64,000 nt of DNA from the human T2T-CHM13v2.0 reference genome, Homo sapiens. The notes beneath the pieces were generated by a model, which had not been told where the DNA came from, did not search any database, and saw only the letters and a program-made list of their open reading frames with translations. Of this stretch, positions 1 to 19,533 are shown piece by piece; positions within the stretch are counted from its first letter, which is position 1, and each line of letters begins with the position of its first letter. Location of the stretch: the NCBI RefSeq assembly GCF_009914755.1, contig NC_060940.1; one strand, 5' to 3'. The position numbers were made by a program, and so were the translations under genes.

Positions 1-4422
<4,422 letters not shown>

Positions 4423-4590
4423 TTAAAATTAGCCAGCCATGTAGTCCCAGCTACTCAGGAGGCTGAGATGGGAGGACTGATTGAGCCCAGGAGCTCAAGG
4501 CTGCAGTGAGCCGTGATTACACCACTGCACTCCAGCCTGGGTGACAGAGTGAGACCCTGTCTCTTAAAATAAATAAATGGAAAAAAAAAA
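4423..4590 (+). mobile_element. Alu right arm (AluJ-like) directly after the L1 tail
   Basis: Starts at the linker aaaattagcc; ends in an A-tail. Confidence 0.85.
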
Positions 4591-5185
4591 GAACAGGCTG
4601 ATCTGGAGGCAGAGCAGGTCAGCAATCTCAGGAGGATGAGGCAAGAGGTTGCGTCAGCTTGGAACCATGACAGCCACTCCAAGGCATATCCCCCAGGGCA
4701 CCTGACCTGCAGCAAAGGAACCTGGGAGAGCAACTTAGGCCAAGGATTCCAGGGGCAGGAAAGGCGAGCTAATTATTTTTTTTTTATTCATTCTTTTCTG
4801 ACCATTAACATAATAAGCATGCTTATTCCAAACCAAAACAGAACTTTTGCTCTCTCCACTAAGCCTGCCGCTCCCGCATTCCCCATCTGGGTAAATGAGT
4901 CCACCATCCACTCACTCACTCCAATCCAATGCAGACATCACCCTTGACCAACATATATCTCTCTCTCCTCTCTCTTTCCTCCTCCCCCCGCTCTCTCTCT
5001 CTATCACATCCTTCATCCAATTCCTAGCTCCTCTCTTTCACAACAGAGTCTGAATCCAACCCCTTCCCCCCTCCTTCCACAGTAACCAAATTCACCATCC
5101 TCTCTCACTCACGTCCCTGGAGGCTGCCAGCCTTCTGCAGCCTGTGCTCCACCCGAATGCTGGAGGATTCCGTTAAACCTACATT

Positions 5186-5367
5186 AGGGCTGTGCGTGGT
5201 GGCTCATGCCTGTAATTCCAGCACTTTGGAAAGCTGAGGTGGGAGGACTGCTTGAGTCCAGGAGTTTGGGACCAGCCTGGGCAACACAGAAAGACCCCGT
5301 CTCTATATATTTAAAAAATAAAATAAAATAGAAAATGTTAAAAAAAACAAAACAAAACAAAAAAAAA
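5186..5367 (+). mobile_element. FLAM/Alu left monomer with A-rich tail
   Basis: ggtggctcatgcctgtaat...cagcctgggcaaca monomer. Confidence 0.8.
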
Positions 5368-6112
5368 CCACCTACATTTGATCATGATTCTCATGTGTTC
5401 AGTTCCCTCCAGGGGTGCCCGAGGCCATATCAAGTCCCAGGCTCAGCCCCTCACTTTCCCTCTGAACTCATCTCAGGTCCCTTCCCCATTGTCCGCTGTA
5501 GCCAGAGCCACCCTGGCTTCTGCAAGGTTCTGGAACATGCTGAGCCTGGCCCTATTCCCAGCCTCTGCACAGACTGTTCCCTCTGCTCTGTCTCCCTACC
5601 CTACCCTGCCATGTTCTCTTCCTTGTTATTCACATCTCCCCTTAAATGTCACCTTCTCAGAGAGGCCCCCTCTGACCATCTATCACATCAGCTTAATTTT
5701 CTGCACAAAGATTTTAATTCATGTATTCATTTTCCATTTCCCCCCATTAGAAGATAAGCTCCATGAGAGATAAACTTCATCTTGTCTCATTCACCGTTAT
5801 TTCCAAGGATCCACCATATTAAACCATCAAATGAGTAGAAAACTTAGAAAGTACAGATGAATATGAAAACGAAAGCAAACCTTACCATAATTTCCACCAT
5901 TCAGCGATACCCAATGTCACCACATTCCTGCAATTCCTCCCAGTCTTTTTTCTATATACGCATATATTAAACATTTGGGATTGTAATATTTACAGTGTTG
6001 TGCTCTGCCTTTATTTCCCATGAAGGGCGTTATTCTAACTAATTTTAGATGGAGAGAAAAGTTGCAAAATAGTACAAAGAACTCCTTTCCACTCCTGGCC
6101 CTGCTTCTCCTA

Positions 6113-6433
6113 AAGTTGACATCTTACGTAACCATAGTATAATGATCAAGAACAGGAAATTAATATTGATACAATGTTCTTAACTATACTACAAACCTTA
6201 TTTAAGTTTCCCCAGTGTTCCATTAATATCCTTTCTCTATTCCAGGAGCATATACAGGATCCCACATTGCACTGAAGTTGACATCTTATGTAACCATAAT
6301 ATAATGATCAAGAACAGGAAATTAATATTGATACAATGTTATTAACGATACTACACATATTATTTAAGTTTCCTAGTGTTCTATTAAAATCCTTTCTCTA
6401 TTCCAGGAGCCCATCCAGGATCCCACATTGCAT
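6113..6433. repeat. 162-bp tandem duplication (2 copies, ~90% identical)
   Basis: Units start aagttgacatctta at 6113 and 6275. Confidence 0.9.
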
Positions 6434-6637
6434 TTGTATATTTTCCTTTGTCTCCTCCAGTCTGTAATAGTTCTTGTTTTTTCCTTGTCTAACACGATCT
6501 TGATGCTTTTAAAGAGTTTTTTCCAATCAGTTATTTTGTTGAATGTCCCTCCATTTGGGTTTGTCTGGTGCTTTCTTAATACTGGAGTCAAGTATGCATT
6601 TCTGGCAAGGATACCACACCAAAAAAACAAATGATGC

Positions 6638-7280
<643 letters not shown>

Positions 7281-7485
7281 TCATGATGTCACTACGTCTT
7301 ATTACCTTAATCACTTATTAAGCTGGTTTCTATGGGGTTTCCATCTCCACTGTCAAATTAGTTAATTTCTTTCCCTTTTTACTTGATAAGTATATTAGGG
7401 GAAATAGAAACTATGCAAATCTTGTTTTTCCTCAAACTTCTGTCCACTAATTTTAGTATCAACAGGTAAATCTTGTCTGTGATTT

Positions 7486-7489
7486 TATA

Positions 7490-7533
<44 letters not shown>

Positions 7534-7817
7534 CCCTAGACGGAGTCTCCCTCTGTCACCTAGGCTGGAGTGCAGTGGCACGATCTCGGCTGACTGCAAG
7601 CTCCGCCTCCTGTGTTCACGCCATTTTCCTGCCTCAGCCTCCAGAGTAGCTGGGACTACAGGCGCCCGCCACCATGCCCAGCTAATTTTTTGTATTTTTA
7701 GTAGAGACAGGGTTTCACCGTGTTAGCCAGGATGGTTTCGATCTCCTGACCTTGTGATCCGCCTGCCTCGGCCTCCCAAAGTGCTGGGATTACAGGCGTG
7801 AGCCACCGCACCTGGCC
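7486..7817 (-). mobile_element. AluY with (AT)n-derived tail
   Basis: AluY diagnostics (gcaagctccgcc, cacgccatt, tgttagccaggatgg); TSD tgtgatttt. Confidence 0.88.
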
Positions 7818-8344
7818 TGTGATTTTTTAACTGTGGTGTTTATGTAATGGCAAGTCTCTGTTTCCCTCTTGCCTTTTGTGTGTATTAACTGGAAATCTAC
7901 CATAAGGAAGCACTCCCTTTCTTCCCTGTTTACTTATTTCTTCAACTGTTTATATCAGCATGGATTCGTGGATATTTATTTTAGTCTATGTGTTAGAATC
8001 CAATACTAACATAATTTATTTTGTTCCTCAAACTGTTCCAGCTTTGGCCGTTAGGAACTTCAGGCAAGCTCCTCAATTCCCTTGACATGGCTCCATCATC
8101 CCCCCACATCCCTGCACTTTCTTTCTAGCACCACAAGATATTCCAGGGTCATCCTGTCATTCCCCTGTGGCATCCCTGGAATCAACCACATCTCCTAGGA
8201 GACCTGGTTCCTTTTGCAGGAGAATGATGTTTGGAGACCAAGAACTGGGTACCGGGTGTGCTCACTGTTACTGGGTGCCATTGCCTCTAGACACACTCAG
8301 GACAGAGCTAGGAAACATAAGTATGTATACTAAGCACACATAAA

Positions 8345-8370
8345 CACACACACACACACACACACACACA
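8345..8370. repeat. (CA)n microsatellite
   Basis: About 13 AC units. Confidence 0.9.
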
Positions 8371-8399
8371 TCTATATTTCTGTATCCATCTATATATAA

Positions 8400-10145
<1,746 letters not shown>

Positions 10146-10309
10146 TCTCTTCTTTCTAATATAAAGGGTAGCATACTATAGACACTCGTTTGGGCATTGC
10201 ATTTTTCACATAACTTTATGTCCTAGACATTACTTCATAACCATTCAGAGAGATCTTCCTCATTCTTCTGTATAGCTGCACAGTACTCCACCATGTGAAT
10301 GGAAAATGG

Positions 10310-10315
10310 TTTATT
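10310..10315 (-). terminator. Distal poly(A) signal AATAAA of TK2 (candidate)
   Basis: tttatt on + strand at the boundary between the unique UTR and the repeat-rich flank. Confidence 0.65.
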
Positions 10316-13051
10316 TGACCACTCTCTTATGTATGCATCTTTAGATTGTTACCAATATTTTGTAATGATTAACCATCTCCCAGGACACCTGTGTTCCACA
10401 GAGCCCAGTCTGGTAAACAACAGTCTTAAAGAAAAAAAAAGAAAAGACACAGAAAGAAATTCAAGACAGCTTCTGTGGACAGCAGTGAATGGCAATACCC
10501 ATTCTGGATTCCACGACATAGGCTTTCTCTTAGCTTCTGTTTAATGATAGCTTTTGCCAAGTTCACCATCTTATGTAAACTAAAGGAACACGAAATTCAC
10601 TCTAGCCTTAGGAAAGCTGAGGGGATGGGATTATTAGGAAAAGAAAGTGTGTGCCAGTAACCCTGAGGCCTTCAGTGAGTAATCCTGGCCAAGCCCAGGG
10701 CAGCCAGGGATGTATTATTGCTATTCCATTCTGAACAATGGATGACTGACATTTGCAAGAGCTTGCCAATTATTTTAATAACTAACTCTTCAGGGTGGAG
10801 AGGGCCAAGGAGATGGGTGTTCCTCATTCCACACACATGTGAACACTTGAGGGAGCTCCCCACCCCAGGGCTCTAGGAAAAAAGAAGTGATTCAGATTCC
10901 ATAGCACCCTGTGGGTAGACAGGTTTCAGGACCACCTTTTACCTGCTCTGAGGTTTAAATGGCACCACCGTCACTCGGGTCTAATGGTGCATGTCTGCAG
11001 GAAGATTGTTCTGACTGATATATTCCCCAGGCGGGGGGACACTTCTCATCTAGGTAAAGGGCTCCTACGGAAATGAAAGGGGCAGAAAGAGAAAGTGAAA
11101 AGTAAAAACAAGCTGGGTAATGTTTCCAGAGGTCCACATTCACTCGTTTGTAAATTCGGTCACTCATGTTATTGGAACAAGGATGAGGTGGTTTCATTCC
11201 TCACAGAGTTAGGCCTTGCAAGGGACATTACGGTACGGGATGGGAATGGTGAGGGTGAGGATGAGGGTGGGATGACGTGGGGGCAGAGGGGAGAGGGAGG
11301 TGAAGCCCAAAGGACCCCACGGCGCTGATGCCAGGTCATGTGACCCGGTCTATGGGTGGGCACTGCCCTCTTGCCTTTCCCCCCACCTCCCAGGGCCTCT
11401 AGCAAAGCCTCGTAAGAACCTTCCAGCTTATCTTAGTTATGCCTTGGAAAGGGACATTACCAGCATCTGGATTAAAGAGTGGATGGGGAGCAGTGGGCTC
11501 TGATGCCAACCGTGCCCAGAGCAGGAGCTCCAGCTGCCATCCTGGACAGTCAGGCCCCAGAGGAAGGAAGCCAGGAGCCAAGAGGTGGACCCAAAAGAGA
11601 AAGGTGGGAAGAGCCTGGGACCCCGATGGCCACTAAGCCACCACAAAGCCCTGGACCACCCCACTACACACTTCTTTTATGTAAAAGATAAATATATTTC
11701 TATCTAGTTTCCAAAAAAAACCAGGTACATAAGGTATTTTTAAATGGTTATAATCATATATTTTACATGTACTGTCAAAAAGCTTAAATAAAAGCTGAAA
11801 TAAATGCTAATTGAAAGAAAATGTATATGTGCAACAAAAAAGTCAGCGAGAGGTAGAGCAGCTGAGCAGCTCTGCGGTGTACTGACTTCATGTCCCCATG
11901 GAACTCCAGTCTCACAGCAAGGATGAGGTGAGCCCAACATATCTGGAATGTCACTGCCCTGGGTGGCCCCTCTGGCTCTACAGGGATGCCAGCCCCTGCC
12001 ATGCCCCTCCCAGCCATGACCCCCCAGTGCTCTAAGGACAAGGCCCTGTTGTGCCCATGTGCCATCTGCCCTTCTCCTGCCCTGGTCCATGGTGTCTATG
12101 ACTGCTCTGTGACCCCTGCCCCCACCAGCTCTGCCTGCCGCAGAGGGACAGCAGCCCTTGTGCAAGCTGGCTTCAGCCGTTTCAGGTGTGGTCTCTAGGC
12201 TGGGAGATTTTGCGACCTGCCCTGGCCACTGCTGATGCGTCCAGCCTCCTCTCCAAGGTGGAAGGCAGGGAGGACAGCAGGCTCTCTTAGACCCATACAC
12301 TCCACGTTAGGAAACACGGAGTTTGAAAAATAAAAACACGTTAATCTACTGGCAAAAGCAGCTGGCAGAAGCTAAAATCACTGGCCTAGGAAGCACTTCA
12401 AAATCAACAACAGGGCTTAGGTGAAGGAGTTATTGGGTATCACAGAGCAAGAAAAAAATCATGGGTACGTGGTCTCAGGACCTCTTGAGATTGTGCCTTA
12501 GGCAAAAAAAAAAAAAAAAAAAGAGAGAGAAATCACATTTCCCCAAAAATGGATGTGCAAAATGAGCCGAGAGGAAATATTGGACTGTTCATTTACAAAT
12601 TCTCAAAGACAGACCCCACATGTCAAGATTCCTGGTAGCAAAGGTTCTGCCTTCGCCAGTTTTCCAGCTAATTAGCAGCACGTGGGCTACAGGTGCTGCT
12701 AGACACAGCTCCCGCCTGGCTGCTGCCTCTCATCCTGCCAATGGCACAAGAACTGGTCCAAACAGGAAGAACCAGGAGTTGCAGGCCTTGACTTCCTAAC
12801 TCTCTGGGACTGGCCCAGCAGGGGCACTTGGCACCTCTGCAGAGTCGGAGCATTGCATGCACAGGTGCCCACACTCACAGGGGCCTGGGAGCGGCCTTGC
12901 TACCTCTATTTACAGCCAACAGCTGCTCTGAGAGGCTGTGGCCTGTTTCTCCAGAGTTGAGCCTTAATCCTTTCCAGGGTTTGCATCTAGTCTTCTTGAA
13001 GCTCTCTCTGCCCACCTCCAAAGCTTCAGGACCAGCAATGCTTCCAGAGCC

Positions 13052-13057
13052 TTTATT
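13052..13057 (-). terminator. Proximal poly(A) signal AATAAA of TK2 (candidate)
   Basis: tttatt on + strand ~1.2 kb after the stop; would give a ~2.1 kb mRNA. Confidence 0.5.
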
Positions 13058-13789
13058 TGCAAATCCCAACTTTCCAGACTATCCCCAAAGGGAACGTTCT
13101 TTCTTTCTCTTGTTTTCTGCTTGATCCAAGGGGCAGCCTCGCCTTCAATGCAGTCCAGCTGAGTGAAGCTAAGGTATTTTCTGAGCCAACAAAGATGATT
13201 TCAGGCTCTATGGCTCGAGGCATTTCCCTGGATGAAATAACACTTCAAAAAGACTTAAGGCCACTTGTGTCTCTCTCTTGGGCCACAGACTTTCAGTAAT
13301 TCCAAGAGCAAAGCTCCTTATACAAGGACACAGACAGTACGGGAGCCTTGGAAGCCAGGGCTGGCTGCCCCTTGCCCCAGCTTGGCTCTGGGCAAACCAG
13401 CCAGGCACCAAAAGCGACTTCCCTGACATGGAGTTGGCAGCAGTTCAAGCAGGACCTTAATCACCAAGGAGACTGAGCACCCTTCAGGAGCCAGCATGTG
13501 AATCTCAATGTCCACATGAAGATGTGGTAGATGGGGCTGCAGCGACCTCGGGCAGGGAAACCACTGAACACCGGGCTCCAGCCAAATGCAGCATAATTTT
13601 GTGGAAGTCTAGAAATGCTGACTGTCCTTGGGAACTGCTCAATATTGGGAAAATGTTATCAGCTCCGCACACTGCCAGCTCTCCCCAAAGAGACATGAGA
13701 GCCTCCAACCGGAAGAGGCAGGGCGGTGGGGAACAGCTCTCAGGAGGAGGCAGCCCAGGGCAAGGGAAAGTTGCTGAGTCGGCTGAAAG

Positions 13790-13970
13790 TCTGAATGGTG
13801 CCAGCTCCACTGCACACAGGCTGTGTGACCTCTGGGGAGCCCCTCAACCTTTCTGAGCTTCAAATTCCTCACCTGGGATATAAGACTCCTACCTCGGCCT
13901 CCTAATGAAGGCTGAGACGATTGGTACACAGCTCCAGCGTGGTGTCAGGCACACAACAGGTGCTCTCCCT
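13790..13970. mobile_element. MIR within the TK2 3'UTR
   Basis: ccagctccact...ctgtgtgacct...caacctttctgagcttcaaattcctcacctg core. Confidence 0.65.
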
Positions 13971-14260
13971 AAGGGCTTCATGAGAGCGACTCAGCAGCAC
14001 AAAGCCATGGGAGAGGCACCGGGGGAATGTGAGGCTGCGAACAGCAAAGGGCTTGGCAAACCCATTGGTCCCGTTTGTCATTTACCCACGAGGGCCAGAG
14101 ACGCATGACAAAGACACTAGCAAAGGAGATGAGACCATTAGGAAAATCAAGCTGGCCAGACACAAAGCCCTCCTGGGAGCAAGTTTTTCCAGATTGCTCC
14201 CAATAGCTAACTTGGCAGCAGCAGGCATTTTTCAGACATGAGCCATAGACCTTTTGCCTC

Positions 14261-14398
<138 letters not shown>

Positions 14399-14572
14399 TC
14401 AGCAGCATCCTCCTTTCACAGCTGGAGACAGACAGATGGAAGCAGGCAGCAGGGGGCAGGGAAGGGCACAGAAGGTTGCAGGCAGATAAAAAGGAAGGTT
14501 AGAGCCAAATCGCTTTCAGCTCTAGGGCAATCTACATTTCCAATGAGGTTTTCACTTAAGAATGTACTACAA

Positions 14573-15095
14573 GAGCTAGGTATGGTGGCTCATGTCTATT
14601 ATCCAAGCACTTTGGGAGGCTGAGACCTGAAGATTACACGAGCCCAGGAGTTTGAGACCAGCCTGGGCAACACAGTGAGACCCTGTAAGCTCATGAATGA
14701 TTTGTTTTTTTCCCTCATCACTTTCTACCCTCCTTTTTTTCCATAATGAGGGAGAAAAATAAGCTGTACTTATTTAAAAATCTACTACAGTAGGCCGGGT
14801 GCAGTGGCTCACGCCTGTGATCCCAGAATTTTGGGAGGCCGAGGCAGGCAGATCACTTGAGGCCAGGAGTTTGAGACCAGCTTGGCCAACGTGGCAAAAT
14901 CCCATCTCTACGAAAAATATAAAAAATTATCCAGGCATGGTGGCATGCGCCTGTAGTCCCAGCTATTCAGGAGGCTGAGGCAAGAGAATCATTTGAACCC
15001 AGGAGGCAGAGGTTGCAGCGAGCCGAGATTGCGTCACTGCATTCCAGTCTGGGCAACAGAGTGAGGCTCTGTCTCAAAAACAAACAAACAAAAAA
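14573..15095 (+). mobile_element. FLAM (14573-14686) and AluS (14793-15095) in TK2 intron 9
   Basis: Alu motifs; TSD tac(t)acagta-like flanks on the AluS. Confidence 0.85.
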
Positions 15096-15166
15096 TTACT
15101 ACAGTAATATCTCACTTTCCGGCAACCTCACTGCCTGCAAGAGCCATAAGCAGAAGTGTTTGAGCC

Positions 15167-15290
15167 CAAACAGATATTCCTATGGCCACGCACAAAAGCT
15201 CATGCACAGCCCTGCCTCACATCCCATCAAACAATGCTCCTATAGCCATGCACCAAAGCTTGCGCACAACCCTGCCTCACAGCCAATCCC
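15167..15290. repeat. 60-bp tandem duplication (2 diverged copies)
   Basis: tcctat(g/a)gcca(c/t)gcac..aagct...gcaca.ccctgcctcaca repeated at period 60. Confidence 0.8.
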
Positions 15291-15987
15291 ATGTTGTATA
15301 TGTAACCATCTTAGGTTCCCTCCAATCAAGACTCGGAGGGACCCCAGACTCCGCATTTCTTGGGAGCATCTGGGCCACTGCTTATTTGTCTGAGTAAAGA
15401 AATCTGGAAACAGCAAACTGGAAAACAAGGAGATGGGGAAGTAAGGAAATGCTGACGGGACAGACACATCAATATCAGTCAGAAATGACACATGGCAGCA
15501 AGAGAAAGGAGGATTACTGTAAAAAGTAAACACAGGAACGCAGAGACATTAGTGGGCAGGGCAGACAGTTCCACACACCTCAGCATTCCTAAGGGCATCA
15601 CTGTGTGACAGCCCAGACCAGACAATGACATTCCTTCTGATGACCTGAGTCACCAAACAAAGGTGAAATGAGGCTCTGTGTCATCCACGGAAGGAGGAAG
15701 GTCACATCAGAGGAACTACTATCCCAAATGGTGAAAACTGAGACCCGGGTCTAGAGTCTTCGCTGAAGATGCTGGATCAGTGACAACTGCCAGGTGTGAT
15801 GGCACTGGCACAGACTGCCTTCCCTCGGGTCTGGCCAACTCACTCTGAGACTCAGCCCAGAAACAGGCACTGGGAGAGAGAGCACCAGCCTTCCCACCTT
15901 CCTTCTTCTAAGTTGTCAAACTCTAAAGGACTGTGCCCTCCCCTGTCTGCAAGGTGGCTGACATTCCCCGGGTCACTCCTCTTTCTA

Positions 15988-16155
<168 letters not shown>

Positions 16156-16409
16156 CTACCAAGGGTGTCAAGCAGAGGGGGTCAAAGTAGTCAATGACCA
16201 TGGGCAGTGACTCAGACAAAGGAACCCTGCAAGAGCAAACCTGGCTCAAGTGGACAGCGGCAGACGCAGCCACACACTCGGTGGCCAGGCTGAGCAAAAC
16301 AGCACAAGTGTCACCAGCCACCCTGCTCTGCTCCACTGGGGGTTCGTGGGCACAAACACTGGCCCTTCCCCTGGCGCCTGAATCAAAGCCAAGGCAAAAG
16401 GCAGGACCC

Positions 16410-17473
16410 CCTCCCCCTCCCCCTCTCCCTCTCCCCTTTGCACGGTTTCCCTCTGATGCCCAGCCGAGGCTGGACTGTACTGCCGCCAACTCGACTCACT
16501 GCAACCTCCCTGCCTGATTCTCCTGCCTCAGCCTGCCAAGTGCCTGGGATTGCAGGCGCGCACCGCCATGCCTGACTGGTTTTCGTATTTTTTGGTGGAG
16601 ACGGGGTTTCGCTGTGTTGGCCGGGCTGGTCTCCAGCTCCTAACCGCGAGTGATCCGCCAGCCTCGGCCTCCCGAGGTGCCGGGATTGCAGACGGAGTCT
16701 GGTTCACTCAGTGCTCAATGTTGCCCAGGCTGGAGTGCAGTGGCGTGATCTCGGCTCGCTACAACCTCCACCTCCCAGCCGCCTGCCTTGGCCTCCCAAA
16801 GTGCCGAGATTGCAGCCTCTGCCCGGCTGCCACCCCGTCTAGGAAGTGAGGAGTGTCTCTGCCTGGCCGCCCATCGTCTAGGATGTGAGGACCCCTCTGC
16901 CCGGCCGCTCAGTCTGGGAAGTGAGGAGCCCCTCTGCCCGGCCACCACCCCGTCTGGGAGGTGTACCCAATAGCTCATTGAGAACGGGCCATGATGACGA
17001 TGGCGGTTTTGTCTAATAGAAAAGGGGGAAATGTGGGGAAAAGAAAGATCAGATTGTTACTGTGTCTGTGTAGAAAGAAGTAGACATAGGAGACTCCATT
17101 TTGTTCTGTACTAAGAAAAATTCTTCTGCCTTGGGATGCTGTTAGTCTATAACCTTACCCCCAACCCCGTGCTCTCTGAAACGTGTGCTGTGTCCACTAA
17201 GGGTTAAATGGATTAAGGGCGATGCAAGATGTGCTTTGTTAAACAGATGCTTGAAGGTAGCATACTCATTAAGAGTCATCACCATTCCCTAATCTCAAGT
17301 ACCCAGGGACACAAACACTGCGGAAGGCGGCAGGGCCCTCTGCCTAGGAAAACCAGAGACCTTTGTTCACATGTTTATCTGCTGACCTTCCCTCCACTAT
17401 TGTCCTATGACCCTGCCAAATCCCCCTCTCCGAGAAACACCCAAGAATGATCAATAAATACTAAAAAAAAAAA
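16410..17473 (+). mobile_element. SVA (B/C-like), full length with very short VNTR, antisense to TK2 in intron 8
   Basis: CCCTCT-type head, antisense Alu-like domain, ~4 VNTR units (16820-16965), SINE-R, AATAAA + poly(A); 14-bp TSD aaaaggcaggaccc at 16396-16409 and 17474-17487. Confidence 0.95.
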
Positions 17474-19344
17474 AAAAGGCAGGACCCACACCTGGCTTCT
17501 CCCATTTACTGCCACTTTTGCAGCAGCAGGGCCTCAGTTCCTTCAGGCAGGGGCCCAGCCCTGGGCAGCCTCTAAACCCTCCGCTCTGTCTTGCCACCAA
17601 GAGGACTGTGACCCTCACCCATTGCCCTTCTACCCCCTCAACAACTCGTAACCTATAGACCCTCCAGACTATAAAGACCACCAACTGCAGAAAGCCTGAT
17701 GCAGCGGAGCCCAAGGGAAAAGGGGCACAGGCCCTCCTGAGCCATGGGGCCTGCATGCCAGGCAGAGCAGATACTCGTGCTCTCCCAGGCACAGAGTGGG
17801 ATGGCTCCTCACACAGATTCCACTCGCCATCCCAGAGGCTCGCGTGTCAACTCTGCAGCAGCCTTTACATCTCCTGCCCAGCTCTCCCTTGGCAATAGGA
17901 GCCAGATGTGTCCCATGGACCTGGTCAAACCCTTAAGACAATGGCTTGGATCACGGCTTGGACGGCCCCCAGGCTTGGGGAGCATCTGGGTCACTGCACA
18001 GAGCTGCTGTGCGCATCACAGCATGGTCCAGCCTGGCCCCATTCCACCACATTCCATCTTCCTAGCATTCTTGTCTCCAAGATTTCAAAGGAGCTGCCCA
18101 GAGTGACGCCTGGGCCCTCGTGGCAGGAATGCATCGTGCTGGCACCAAGGAAAAACAAGGCTGAGCAGGATTTCAGGAGTTGGATAGGCTTCCCAGGGCC
18201 CCCAGTCCAGCCTATCCTGAGCTCAGAGCCCCTGACACCCCACTGAATGCTTGCCCAGCCTCTGTCTCCCTCCAGTGGCAGCTTCTCACATGGGACATTC
18301 AGTTCAATACTAACTGAGCAACTACTAGGCACCAGGCCCCAAGGCACATGCAGAGGACACGGAGGGAATAAGACCCAATCTTAAAAAGCTCACATTAGTG
18401 AGGGATGGGGAACAAAGGTATAAACAAATAGTGTCAGTATGCTGTCCTAAGGCCCATGATCACAGAAAGCCAGGGGGTGGGTTTGGGGGGGGTTACAATG
18501 GAAGGAAGGTCAGGGGTGGCTTCCTGGAGGAGGTGACATCTGAGTAACACTTTAAAGACAAAGGAAACGACTGTGCAAAGGCACATTTGCATAACTCCAC
18601 TGTGTATGTGGTTGTTTGTGTGTGGCCACAACTAGTTCCTTATAGCCAGAGCATAGAAAGTAGGGAATGGAGGATGATAACGCCAGAGAGGCAGTTGGGG
18701 CCGGGTCATAAGCCGTATTACAAAGTGGGGACTGCATTCTAGCCAGCAGCAAGGCACTGAAAGGTTCTGGGCTGGGAAATTGCACGAGTGGTGATGAGTA
18801 TTGGAAATATCAGCCGGGCGGCAGCCTGGAGGCCAGATTTTGAAGGGAGATGCAAGGAGGGAAGGGCCAGGGCGAGATGCACAGCCCGGGCCTATACTGG
18901 CAGAGTCCCCATGAGAGTCAGTGTGGCCTGAGCAGAACTCAGAAGGGCATGGCATCTCTCCAGTGGGCAAACACCACTAAGCATGAGCACCGCCTCCGTG
19001 CCGGGCACTGTGCTAAGCACTAGGGATGCAGCAGTGAACAAGAGGGCTGGGTCCTGCCCTCCTGGAACTCGCATTCTAGGGAGGACACAGAGAGCACAAG
19101 GCCAGGCAATCTTCAGGAGGCAGAACAGACAAGCCCTGGTGCTGCCAAGATGGGGAGGGGCAGGTGGGGAGGGGAGGGGAACGCCTCCAAGCAGGAGGGT
19201 TGCCAAACTGTGAGTCAGCGACCACAGGAAGCCAAGCAGATCTGGACATCCACGTGGGTCTCTGGCCAAACAGGAAGTCAGAGTTCACCCTCTGATACAC
19301 TTGGTTCCTGTTCTCTCTCTGCAAACAAGGGCACAATGATCTCA

Positions 19345-19533
<189 letters not shown>

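Larger units (their letters stand above)
10290..14260 (-). other. TK2: TK2 long 3'UTR (approximate distal end)
   Basis: Alu-free, mostly unique stretch from the stop codon to a minus-strand AATAAA at 10315-10310; cleavage site inferred. Confidence 0.7.

Noticed and set aside
11740-12300. 186-aa minus-strand ORF in the TK2 3'UTR
   Set aside because: Downstream of the TK2 stop, GC-rich, with no recognisable motif
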